From contig NC_087436.1 of NCBI RefSeq assembly GCF_036321535.1, positions 41,356,001-41,420,000 on the forward strand: a stretch of DNA of 64,000 nt, read 5' to 3'. Source of the DNA: Camelus dromedarius (Eukaryota). Below, piece after piece: positions 1 to 10,739 of the stretch; position 1 is the stretch's first letter; every line of letters starts with the position of its first letter. The position numbers and the translations under genes were made by a program. The notes under the pieces were generated by a model. It searched no databases, was not told the DNA's origin, and saw only the letters and a list, made by a program, of their open reading frames with translations.

Positions 1-56
1 ATTTTGTATCAAATGACTTTTGATACTGTTAAATAGGTCTCATATTGCATTAGCAA

Positions 57-540
57 TTTATACAGAATAATGGCCCCAAAATATATCCACTTTATAATAC
101 TCAGAATTGTTGCACATGTTAACTTCATGGAAAAAGGGATTTTGCAGCTATAATTAAGCTTAACGATCTAGAGATAGAAGATTTTCATGGATACCCCAGG
201 TGAGCACAATCTATTATGAGTTCTTAAAAAGAAAAGGATCTTTCCTACTTACAGAGAACCAGAGAGATCACAGCGTGAGTAGAACTCTGCCCAACATTGC
301 TGACTTTGAAGATGGAGGAAAGGGCCACAAGCCAAGGGATGCAGGTGGTCTCCACAACTGGAAAAGGTAAGGGAGTAGATTCTCACCTACAGCCTCCAGA
401 AAGAAATACAACCCTACTTATGCATGGGTTTTAGCTAAGTGATATCTATGCTGGAATTCTGACCCCACGACTGTAAGATAATAAATTTGCACTGTTTTAA
501 ACTACTAAGTTTTGGTAATTTGTTACAGCAATCCAAAATA
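57..540 (+). mobile_element. MaLR solo LTR, MLT1 family (MLT1D-like)
   Basis: 5' motif cagaataatggcccc...gatttgcagctataattaag and 3' motif ctgtaagataataaatttgcactgttttaaactactaagttttggtaatttgttacagc match recalled MLT1 LTR termini. Confidence 0.85.
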
Positions 541-3500
541 TATATCTCCATGTGTAAATATACATATACATATAATTATATATATTTTACATATATTATG
601 TGTTATACTTAAAGATCACGTCATAGCACCCCTTATTTCTCTAAACCTTTTGAGTAATGAATTCATGATTGATTTATCACAGAATCAATTTTACTATTTT
701 CCAAATATTTGATGGGTGATATTTGCAGAATATATGTGATGATTCTTAATATTTTGCTGATGTTTTATTGATAGAACACAGGGACTTGACATGATTTTAG
801 ATAGCATGCAACCTGAAATAAAAGCTAAAACGTGAGAAATATAAAATGTTTTGAAAAATGTTCAAAGTTAGGATGCTGTGGTAAAGGCAAGTGAAAACAG
901 ATGGCTGATGGTGGATCATCATCAATCTTAGTTACTTAGACCAAAATAAACTTCTAAGTTAAAGAAGAGTAATTCATCAGGATAGAGAAATAATCATTAA
1001 AATCACTTTTCCCTCAATCTGATTTTACATTCAGAAGCACACTACTTAGCTACAGTTATGTCTATTGTGCAAAATTGCTCCCAACTGGAGGATATCTTAT
1101 GCAAGCAATTGGTCTTATTTCTCAGACAGACTTAAAGCTTAGTTAGATTACTACATCTTACCTTGCTATGCTGTTAAAATATATGCATGACCCAAGAACT
1201 CAAATTGGTAAATTTATGCTAGTATACTTTTTATAAAATACTATGCAATCATATTAAAATATATAGGTTCATACAAATAATTTGAAACAGGAACTGTTTC
1301 AAATATTTAACTTAACAGGGATTTATAGGTGTGTATAGTATTTAGCAAAACTAGACAGTCAACTAACATATTGATAGCAGATTTACATCAAGGATCATGG
1401 AAACATACACACACACATTCACATACTGGAGTGAAAATATAAACAGATTTACACACTGAATTGAAAATACTATAATTGGAATTCTGCTATCAACTCCCCT
1501 ATCTCTACTTTCTTAGCACCTGCTGAGAATATTTAGCAATTTCTGAGGGCCAAGAGTTATGTCACAGCTTTGACTGACATGAACTCTTAATTTTCCTTGC
1601 ATAACAGCATACGTTCATAGCAGTAAAATGTGTCTCTCATTCTCCTGCCTCACACTGTTTGACTAAGATTGCCTTTTTTTGTTAGAGACCATTCCCTATA
1701 AATTCATTAGCCTGTGCATTTGCAAATGGTTAAGTATTCATTTTAATACAACCCTGCCTATTGTCTTCATGGAAGATTTTTCCTTCTTTTTATTTTGCAA
1801 ATGCTTCAAGAATACCTTACCACAGTGTCAACTTTTACTTTCTGGTCAGTTGAGCTACATGATTTCATAAAATCTCCACTCCTAATTACAACCACTGGCA
1901 AATGTATACTATAAGTTGATTATAATAACTTGAAGAGATTAAAAAAAATTTAGTCCTCTTCTGCATTTTAAAGCTTACGTTTTGTAATTACATGTTCATA
2001 CATAAAATATCTTGACAGGATTTTTAGAAAAAGAAATTATAATCCATAATGTTAAAATAAAATCTTATTAAATATTTAACATTTATGTTAAATGCATAAA
2101 ATAATAAATTGAGAATCTTTTGAACTAGTATAAATGAAAACACTGATTAAAATATAAGCCACATTAATAAACTGAGCATTAATAGCAATGTTAAAACCCC
2201 AAGGTACCCAACTGTAATAGGTATTCAAATAAGCACAATATTTCTAGAGTCAACTTGTGTAAATAATAAGTAGTCATGATTGCAAATAGAGTGCAAATAT
2301 TCTTGATATGTTATTTCTATATTAATTTTATTTTCAATATTTTATCTTATTATATTTAAACTACAGTATTCTTTTTGTAATGAAAACTAATTAATGGATA
2401 CATGTAGAGTGACTAGAATGTTACTCTCAAGGAAAAAAATCAGAAAAATGTGCAAAAGACTCTATAGGGATGGTATTACTATATCTATAGATACAAAATT
2501 GATAAAAGGAAAATAAATAAAATTTCAAGCTTGAGAAAATACTTCAACAACATCAAGTAAAGTAATTTAAAGAAAAAACATCTTTGGAGTTTTGAATCTA
2601 ATTTTACAATTATAGAAAGCATCAAGGAAGTCCATCAGGCCCGCATGTATAATAATTCCTGGAAGCATGGGCTTCTCCAGTCTCTTGCTCTAGTCCCAAA
2701 TTTCTAACAACATGTAGTCATACTACTATATCAAATTTTCATCCTCAGTATATTTAAAGCATTTAGGGACACACAACTCCTTTATAGAAACAGGCTTATT
2801 CTTCCCCATATTTTCAAAATTATGTATGCTAATGGAAAAAAATCAAACCTATATTAACAATATTCTTAATTGTAATGTTTCAAATGAGAAGGTGTATTTC
2901 TTATATTAATTACTTGTAATGTTTAATAAAATATGACATACTAATCCCAACAGGCAAAAATTACAACAGAATTGAATACATTTATATAATAGAATACTAA
3001 TAAAGGTTTAACCAATTATATTTATATATTTAAGTCAGTAGTTCATAAAGAAATCTTAAGTTTCTTAGACAGGTTTTGTTATTTTTATTTTGCTTATTTA
3101 TTGTATTTTTAAATTATTTATTTATTATTATATATTTTATCATTTAGTTTGTTATTTAGACAGTTATTTGGGTATTTGTCAGATGTATGGGATGACAATC
3201 ATAGCATTGTAAGTTTCTTACTTGCATGGTATAGTATTATTTAAAGGCAGACTAAGATGTACTGAAAATATAATTGGAAAATAAATCAACATTAGATATT
3301 GAATAAAAATTCTCAAGGAATCCAAACATAGTTAGAAAACTGGGGAAAAGAAAGCAGCAAAAGCATATTGAATTAAATGCAAAAGGTTACATTTTAATTT
3401 GGTCATATGAATAATTACATTTAATATAAACAATCTAAGCATACCAATTAAATGATTGCAGAGACTGAAGACTAAATTACATGCTATCTAGTAGAAACAC

Positions 3501-3647
3501 AGCTTAAATAGGAACACATCAATATATAAAATTTAAGATGAAAAAGGTAAAGCACATAAAAACTGTTCCAAAAAAAAAAAAAAAAACAAAAAACTGGAGT
3601 AGATATATTAGTACAAGTAATAACAGAATTAAAAACAAGGAACTATT

Positions 3648-3882
3648 GAGGGGAGGGTACAGCTCAGTGGTTAGGGAGCATGCTTAGCATGCAGGAGGTC
3701 CTGGATACAATCCACAGTACCTCCATTAAAATAACTAACTAAATAAACTTAATTCCCTCCCCCCCAAAAAATAAAAATATATATATTTTTAAAAACAGCC
3801 TATAGACCTTTAAAAAATCATAATGGCAGTAACTAACAGAAAATACTTATTATGAATCAGATACTTACATAGGGAAAAAAAC
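3648..3882 (+). mobile_element. tRNA-derived SINE, camelid Vic-1-like, with extended 3' tail
   Basis: Head ggggagggtacagctcagtggtt (A box), ggtcctggatacaatcc (B-box-like), agtacctccatt, then aaacttaattccctccccc and an A-rich tail; flanked by acaaggaactatt (3635-3647) and acaagaaactatt (3883-3895). Confidence 0.85.
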
Positions 3883-4711
3883 ACAAGAAACTATTATCAG
3901 GAATCAAAGAAACATTACAGAATGACAAAGTAATCATTTCACCAAACACATATAATAAAGCTAAATATTTATGGATTTAGCTAAAAAGCTTCAAAGTAAA
4001 TGAAGCAAAAATGCAAATGATTAAGGCATGATATAGATAAATCCAAAACTATAGCTGGATATTTCAACACTTGTATCACTGCAAATGATGGAATGAGTAG
4101 GCAGACAATAATTATAAGGAAAATCTGAAAAACACTATCAAGTAAATTCACTTAATGACATTTACAGAATGCTACAACCAATCACAGCAGAAGACAAATA
4201 TGTTTTAAATGTACAAGAAACATTCACAAACACAGACCATATACTGGACCACTGAAAAAATTAAAAAACGAAATAATTGATAATATATAGACCAAATTTT
4301 TTGACCATAATAAAATGAAACTGAAAACCAATAAGAAAATATTTTTAACAAAACAAAATAGTTTATAAACAATAAAACACTTGTATGGATGAAAAAAGTC
4401 CAAAAGTTGTAGATGCCACTAAACGAGTTTTTAGAGAAAAAAGCATATATATACATATATATAAGAGAAAAACAAAAAACTATAAAATTAATGATTTAAG
4501 CTTTAAATTTAAGAAACTAGAAAAACAAAACCATAAAATTTAACTGTAAAACAAGAACAAAGAAAATAATACAGATGAGAGTAAGAAAGAATGAATAAAA
4601 TTGAAAACAGCAAAATAGAGAAAAACAAAGAATCAAATTTACATTTAGTTGAAAAGATCAATAAAACTGATAAACTTCTAGCAAGATTAACCTGAGAGAC
4701 AAAAAGAAGAA

Positions 4712-4797
4712 AAGAGAGAGGGTCCTGGTGGGGGGAGGGGGAAAAGGGGGTGGGGAGAGTGTGAGTGCATGTGTGTGTGCGTGTGTGAGATAGAGAG
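4712..4797. repeat. (GA)n / G-run / (GT)n low-complexity tract inside L1
   Basis: Directly visible: agagagag, G-runs, gtgtgtgtgcgtgtgtga. Confidence 0.8.
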
Positions 4798-5424
4798 AAC
4801 CCAACTTACTAGTATTAATAATGAAAGAGGAAATATCACTATAGACCCTGTTGACATCAGAAAGAAAAAAATAATACCTCAAACAATATTACATACACAT
4901 AATTTTTCTTTATTCAATGCCCTTTAGTCAGAATGCTCATATTTATTTTATACAGTTACCCTCCCCCTTTCCACATACAGTGGTTTTTTGTATGTTCCTT
5001 TTTTGAGGGGTGTCTTTTCATAATTCTGCTAAATGAGCAGTGCTACATATAATCTGATACTAAAGTGGAGTAAGTCTTGATATAATTTCTTAGGATACAG
5101 TAAAAAGCAACCATGTTAGGATGGAATTAAAGATGGAGCTTTGAGAATATGAGCGACCACCAAGAAGAGTCTAAAGACCTTTCACAGGGGTGCAATTTAG
5201 AAGTAGGAGGTGAGAAAAACTGGGAAAGGCCACATGAGACAATATCTTATAATTACTTATAAAACAGACATTTGCTTGACTTGAATATTTATGTGAGACA
5301 TGAATAAAGAACAGAAACTTCACATAGGTGATGATCTAAGTAATTTAAGTAAGTGGTTTGGCTATATTTGAAATTTTGAAGGATTATGAGGGACAGTTAA
5401 ATGGCTTTTGAGATGCAAATACAG

Positions 5425-5858
5425 TGTGCAGAATAATGGCCCCAATCACAGGAGCCTCAGAATATGTAAAGGTATATGGTAAAGGGGAACTGAGATTGCA
5501 GATTAAGGTTGTAAGCAAGGTTGCTAATCAGTAGACTTTAGAGAGGTTAGGATGATTGAGGTGGGCTGACTGTAATTATAAGTATCAGCATAGAAGAGAG
5601 AAGCAGGAGAGTCAGAATCAGAGGAGAAGTGATGATGGAAGCAAGGTTAGAGTTATGCAATGTAAGAAAGATTTCATCCATGTTGCTGGCTTTGAGGGTG
5701 GAGGGAAGAGCCATGAGTTTAAGAATGTGCGTAGTCTCTAGCAGGTAGAAAAGGAAATGGATTGTTTACTAGTCTTCTAAAAGGAATACAACTCAGCTGG
5801 CTCCTTGATCTTACACCAGTGAAACCAATTTTGGACTTCAGATCTATAGAACCATAAC
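5425..5858 (+). mobile_element. MLT1 LTR (MLT1E-like), 5' part, interrupted at 5858
   Basis: tgtgcagaataatggcccc start, gttgctaatcag motif, gctggctttgagg...ttggacttcagatctatagaaccataa. Confidence 0.8.
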
Positions 5859-7052
5859 TGAGAAGTCCAGCAATGGTTAAAAACCTATGTGTGATTTTTT
5901 TCCAGACTGACCATAGGTAATCACACAGATTTTAGTCCGCAGGCTTTACAGGGAAAGCTGCCCTCCCCACGGCTGACTTTGTGCACAGCCAGTGCTTCGC
6001 AGTCTCTGAAGAGAACTGCAGTTAAGGACTCAAGCCTTCTTGGCTGGTTACACTCTCATATATTTGCATTCCCAGTCCAAATGCCTTCATTTTAAGGTCT
6101 CATTATTTGAGACCTTGAGCAAAGGTCCTCTTCAGGCACCTCTACCAAGGTCTTCTAAAGTAGGGGAGGAGGGCTTTCGAAACTCAGATGTAGCTAAGGT
6201 GCTCAATCATTCCGAGGAAGCTAAGGCTCTGTTGGGTTAAGACCCTCACTTCATTGGGCAACTAGCACTGCACCCAGCAGCCCCTGCCTAGCACTCCCTT
6301 GCACCATGTTCTCAGTCTCTGGGCTAATCTGCATCGACTCAGCCCACATCCTTCATAATGATGAAGTGATGGTTAGAGAGGAGAAGATCAATGCTCTCCT
6401 TAAAGCAGCCAGTGTAAATGATGAACCTTTCTCATCAGGCTTGTTTGCAAAGGCTCTGATCAATGTCAACAACAGGAGCCTCATCGGCAATGTAGGGGCT
6501 GGTGGACCTGCCCCAGCAGGAGGTCCTGCCCCCTCCACAACTGCCTCAGCTGATGAGAAGAAAGCGGAAGCAAAGGAATAAGAATTTAAGGAGTCTGATG
6601 ATGACATTGGCTTTGGTCTTTTTTACTAAACCTCTTTCGTAATATGTTTGATAAAATGCTGAACTCTTTAAAAAAAATAAAGTGGGGGAAGGGGGAGCCC
6701 TGTTGAAGATGTTTTTTCCCACTCAAACTCAGTACCCACTACTTTTCCATTCCAAGCCATCCTCCCCAGCACCCTCAATGCCAGAGTCCATAAAACTGCT
6801 GAACTCTTCAGGGCTCCTTCATAAGAATGAGATGACCCCAAGCATCTGCACTGTTGCTCTTCACTCTCCAATGGTGCAAAATTCCACGGGGAAAATGAGA
6901 TGGGAAATTTGGTATTTTCTCCACTTTTAGCTTCTTGGTTATAGCAGCATAATATGAGATTAAAGGCTTAACTCTTTCATTCTTGGCTCATTGCTTTAAT
7001 CAGCTACTCCAACACCTGAGCTCTCTCTTCCAGTTCATCTGAGCTCCTGATA
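5859..7052 (+). mobile_element. ERV-type solo LTR (family unassigned) inserted into MLT1 and itself interrupted by the RPLP1 retrocopy
   Basis: Starts with TG at 5859, ends tgata at 7052, has attaaa poly(A) signal near 6959; degenerate 5-bp flanks ataac/ctaag; the MLT1 sequence resumes immediately afterwards. Confidence 0.6.
6174..6680 (+). pseudogene. RPLP1: Processed pseudogene of 60S acidic ribosomal protein P1 (CDS remnant 6306-6629, premature TAA at 6579-6581)
   Basis: Translation MFSVSGLICIDSAHILHNDEV...GGPAPAGGPAPST...EKKAEAKE*EFKESDDDIGFGLFY* is clearly RPLP1; intronless; RPLP1 5'UTR (aaggtgctc...ttccgaggaagctaaggc...ccctcacttcat), 3'UTR, A-tail, and flanking repeats aaagtaggggaggagg / aaagtgggggaagggg. 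Confidence 0.97.
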
Positions 7053-7129
7053 CTAAGTAATATATTTGTGTTGTTTCAAGCCACTAAGCTTCTGATAATT
7101 TGTTACAGTGGCAGTAGAAAACTGATACA
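7053..7129 (+). mobile_element. MLT1 LTR 3' end (continuation of 5425-5858)
   Basis: atttgtgttgtttcaagccactaagcttctgataatttgttacagtggcagtagaaaactgataca is the typical MLT1 3' terminus. Confidence 0.85.
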
Positions 7130-7302
7130 ATAGCTGAATAAGACTTTTATCATTATTCAATTTTGTAACTTGCTTTTATTAAGAGAAATATTTTAAATAA
7201 TCTCTAGTGACTTAAACACATTTGGATATACTCTTGATCAGGCATCATGTTTTTCCCAGTAACAGAAGTCATGTGAAATAACAAGAAATTATAGAAGGAC
7301 AT

Positions 7303-9500
7303 GTTCCTCTCTGGCAGCACGAGTAACTCTGTGGAATGTCTCTCCAGTAACATAACCATAATTAGTGAAATGCATTTAAAAACAGTTATTTAAAGTGTCT
7401 GGAGGTTATCCTAAGGAATTATAGCAAATAAAAAACCATTTAGTCAGAAAAAAATACTAAATCTTGGGGGACAATGAAGGTCTGGGCATTTGAACCATGA
7501 CGCCTTTCTCACCCATTTTAGTGTCAGAAGCTCAACTCTGGGCAGAGGTGTCCAAGAAGATGGGCTTTTTCTTCCTTCTAGCCTCCAGCCAAAGGATACT
7601 GTCTCTCCGAGAGGGGCAGGCTGCCAGCATTTCTCATTACCAGCAGCTTCACATTGCAAAAGCTCTCTTCCAGGAAGGAGTATAGCCAAAAGATTGCCTC
7701 TTCCACTAAGCATCCAATCATAAGGCAGAAGCTCTGCCTCAGGCATGGCAACAGAGAATACTGTATCCTGAATCACCGCTGCCCCAGACTGTAAGGTAGA
7801 GGTTCCACTCAGGGAAAGACTGACCAGGAAGACCAGAGGCTAATACCCTTGCACAATTCTCTACTTGTACTGAGAGAGAACCAGGGAAAGAGACAACTAA
7901 GAAAAGCACTTCTGGGGTTTAAGTTTTTTAAATGTTGAAAAACAAAGACAAAAGAAAATCTTGAAGACAGTAAGAGAAATACTCTAAAAATAAAGGAACC
8001 TCAATAAAATTAACAGCTGATACATCATCAGAAACAATGAAGGTTAAAAGGTTGAAAGATGACATATCCAAAGTGCTCAAAAGAAAACCTATTAGGCCAA
8101 AGTCCTATATCCAGAAAAAGTATCATTCAAAAATGAAGGCAAAGACATTTCCAAACATACTAATACTGAAAGAATTCATTTCTTGTGCATAGCTTTACAG
8201 GAAACACTAAAAGACATTCTTCAGGCTCAAAGCAGGTGACTCAGACAGTAATATTGAATACATACACACACACACACACACACACAGCTCACAAATACGG
8301 GCCACTTAAATGTAATCACGTAAATAAAAAAGACAGTATGATTTGATATTTCTTCTCCTTTCTTCCCTTAATTGATTTATGAAGAAATTAAATTTGAAAA
8401 ATAAGTATATAACATCATTGCAAGGCCTATTACACATAGAAGAGAATTATATTTAACAATAATAGCAGAAAGGCAGTGGTTGGGAACAAAGCTGCACTGG
8501 AGTAAGCAAAGAAAATGACACCAGGCAGTAACTCAAATTCACAGGAACAAATGAAGAGAACAAAAAATGGTAAATAACAAGGTTAATACAACAAACTCTG
8601 TCTCTATATGTGTGATCTTTGACCATGTTTAAAAGACATAAAATTATATAAAGTAATATTTTCAAAATGTATTTCTGGTTTACAACATAGAAGTGCACCA
8701 TGTATAACAATAATAGACTAGAAGTTGGGCAGGGATAATAAAGTTATGTATGAGAAGTGCTCTTATGTTCACTGGAATTAAGCTCTTTTAAATCTAAAGT
8801 AGATTCTGATGAGTTAAACTGTATGTGGTAAGCCCTAGAACAACCAGTAGGAAAATATATAAGGTGAATATAATTTAAAAATCTCTAAGGGAATTAAAAT
8901 GGTGTATTAAAAATACTCATTGAAAACAAAAGAGAACAGTAAAGGTAAAATAAAAGAAAAAAGACATAAGACAGAGACAAAATGTAAAATGACAAATGTA
9001 AATTCAACTATATAAACAATATCCTTAAATGTGAATTGATTAATGTATCCATTTAAAAGGCAGAGATTGTCTGCCTGTATAAAAAACCAAGATCTTATAT
9101 GCTGTCCACAGGAGATATAGTTTAGATTCAATATACTAATAGCTGGAAAATTTTTAAAAAATGGAAAAATGTACCATGCAAATAGCAACCTTCAGAATGT
9201 TCGAATGGCTACATTGTTATTGAAGTAAATTTAAGACAAATATTATTAGAGATAACGAGGTTCATTAAAATGATATGAGACAATCTATCTAAAAGATATA
9301 ATAATTACAAAAAAACCCAGAAGTATATGTTAATTACATAACACATTTCTAAATAGGTCAATGAAGAAATCACAAGAAAAAATTAGAAAATACTTTGAGA
9401 TAAAAAACAAACCCACAGACATCAAAACTTGGGGGATGTAACTAAATCAGTGCATAGAGAGAATTTATAGTTTTAAGTGCATGTATTAAAAAGAAGGTCT
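7303..9500 (+). mobile_element. Old L1 fragments: 5'UTR, ORF1 3' part, inter-ORF region, ORF2 start
   Basis: ORF1-type aaagaaaatcttgaagacag...ttaacagctgat...tcagaaacaatg...ctatatccagaaaaagtatcattcaaaaatgaagg; ORF2-type ttaaatgtgaattgattaa...aaaaggcagagattgtc...atgctgtccacaggaga. Confidence 0.85.
8259..8286. repeat. (CA)n microsatellite
   Basis: Directly visible. Confidence 0.9.
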
Positions 9501-9969
9501 CAAAAATTTTTTTTTCTACATTATAGCAGGACACAAGCAAGTTGAACTGTTAGGAATATTCGACTTAGATATGAAAAATCAGGATACTAATATGATTCCA
9601 TAATTATCAACAATATATGAAGTTAACTATTTGTTGTGATTTTAAATGATTATTTTGGGCAAAGTTTTCACCCTTTTTCTCCCAATATAGTTTACTTCAT
9701 CTATTAATAGGAATTGTTAAAATAAATTAAATTTCAACATATAATTCAGTGTTTATAAATTCCTACTCAAAAAGACATATTTGAAACCTCAAAGAGAAGA
9801 AAAATTCCCACCTGAAATGTTAAATATGCGGAATAAGTTTTATTCTATAAATAGACTTTTCAGAAAACTCAGAACTCCTTTCGTAAATAAGCCAAGAACA
9901 GAAACACTTCAAAAATCATTTTGATTCTTGAAGGAGAAGGATTTGTTGGTTCAGTCTGTGGAGCTGAGG

Positions 9970-10400
9970 TGAAGTTCGGGCCTGGCCCCCGTCTGTGGAG
10001 GGACGAGACCCAAGAGCCAAGTCGCTCCAGGTTGGCAGGTGGCGGTTTTAGGTTTTAATAAGCAAGGGGACTTACGTAGGAGGCTGGTCTTCCGGTGCTG
10101 CAAGAAGGGGAAAGCTCTGTTCCCGCCAACCGGAATCTGACTTCTTCACACAGAGGCCTTCACGGGGTTGAGTTACCCGTATGTCCGGCCCAGGTGGTTT
10201 CCGCGCCTCGCTGCTTCTCGAAAGCTGCGTCCTGGACACAACTGCGGCTGCGCGCGGGCGGTACGGGTGGAGCGAGCTTCCGCAGGACCAGGATATGCGG
10301 AAGGCGCGCCCGGCAGCCCCTCCGCCAGAGTCCTGGCGTCAGCCGGCCCTCCAGTCTTCTTCAGGACCTTGTCCCACGAGGCTCTGGGTAGGTGAACACT
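9970..10400. promoter_or_regulatory. Small CpG island, candidate promoter, probably LTR-derived (LTR on minus strand)
   Basis: Only CpG-dense, GC-rich stretch in the window (gcgcgcgggcgg, ggcgcgcc); ETS-type cttccgg at 10089-10095; minus-strand attaaa at 10054-10059; donor-like CTGG|GTAGGT at 10387/10388. Confidence 0.65.
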
Positions 10401-10739
10401 CTTCCTCTGCTTTCCTTATTCTAGCTACGTTCATAAGTAATACTTTTGAAATTCTGTGGAAAAGGAACGAAAGAAACCACAGAGGCCGTTTCTTCAGGGA
10501 AGAGAAAATGGCTTTGCTGGGGTTTTTTTTTTTTTGGGAATTTTTTATTAGGCCACTGAATCATGAAAACGTGTTTTTCAGAAACTTGAAAATTGTACTG
10601 CCCTTCACAAACATATAAGTGACTGCATAAATGCCATTTTAGCATAAAAAACATTTTGAAAATACATATTCGTATTTAATAATCATTCTGGATGGGGTTT
10701 GCTTTTAAAATAAAGGTTATTATTTGATATGATATACAT

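Larger units (their letters stand above)
3190..4900 (+). mobile_element. Old L1 (L1M-type) fragment, ORF2 5' (endonuclease) region, degenerate
   Basis: A-rich strand with L1 ORF2 motifs (ataattacattt..., atagctggatatttcaacac, acagaccatatactggacc, aagatcaataaaactgataaacttctagcaagattaac); many stops and frameshifts. Confidence 0.85.

Noticed and set aside
1162..1170. Minus-strand 9-nt microexon-like pattern (ttttaacag CATAGCAAG gtaaga)
   Set aside because: Weak pyrimidine tract and adjacent to what looks like a decayed L1 3' fragment; such patterns arise by chance in 64 kb.
3651..3725. tRNA-like sequence (also 29562-29626)
   Set aside because: SINE heads with shared non-tRNA tails; no intact cloverleaf.
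6353..6607. 84-aa minus-strand ORF
   Set aside because: Antisense shadow of the RPLP1 pseudogene.
10095..10618. Overlapping 75-145 aa ORFs across the CpG island
   Set aside because: Expected from stop-codon scarcity in GC-rich DNA; no recognisable homology, and the longest runs through the splice donor into a poly-T tract.
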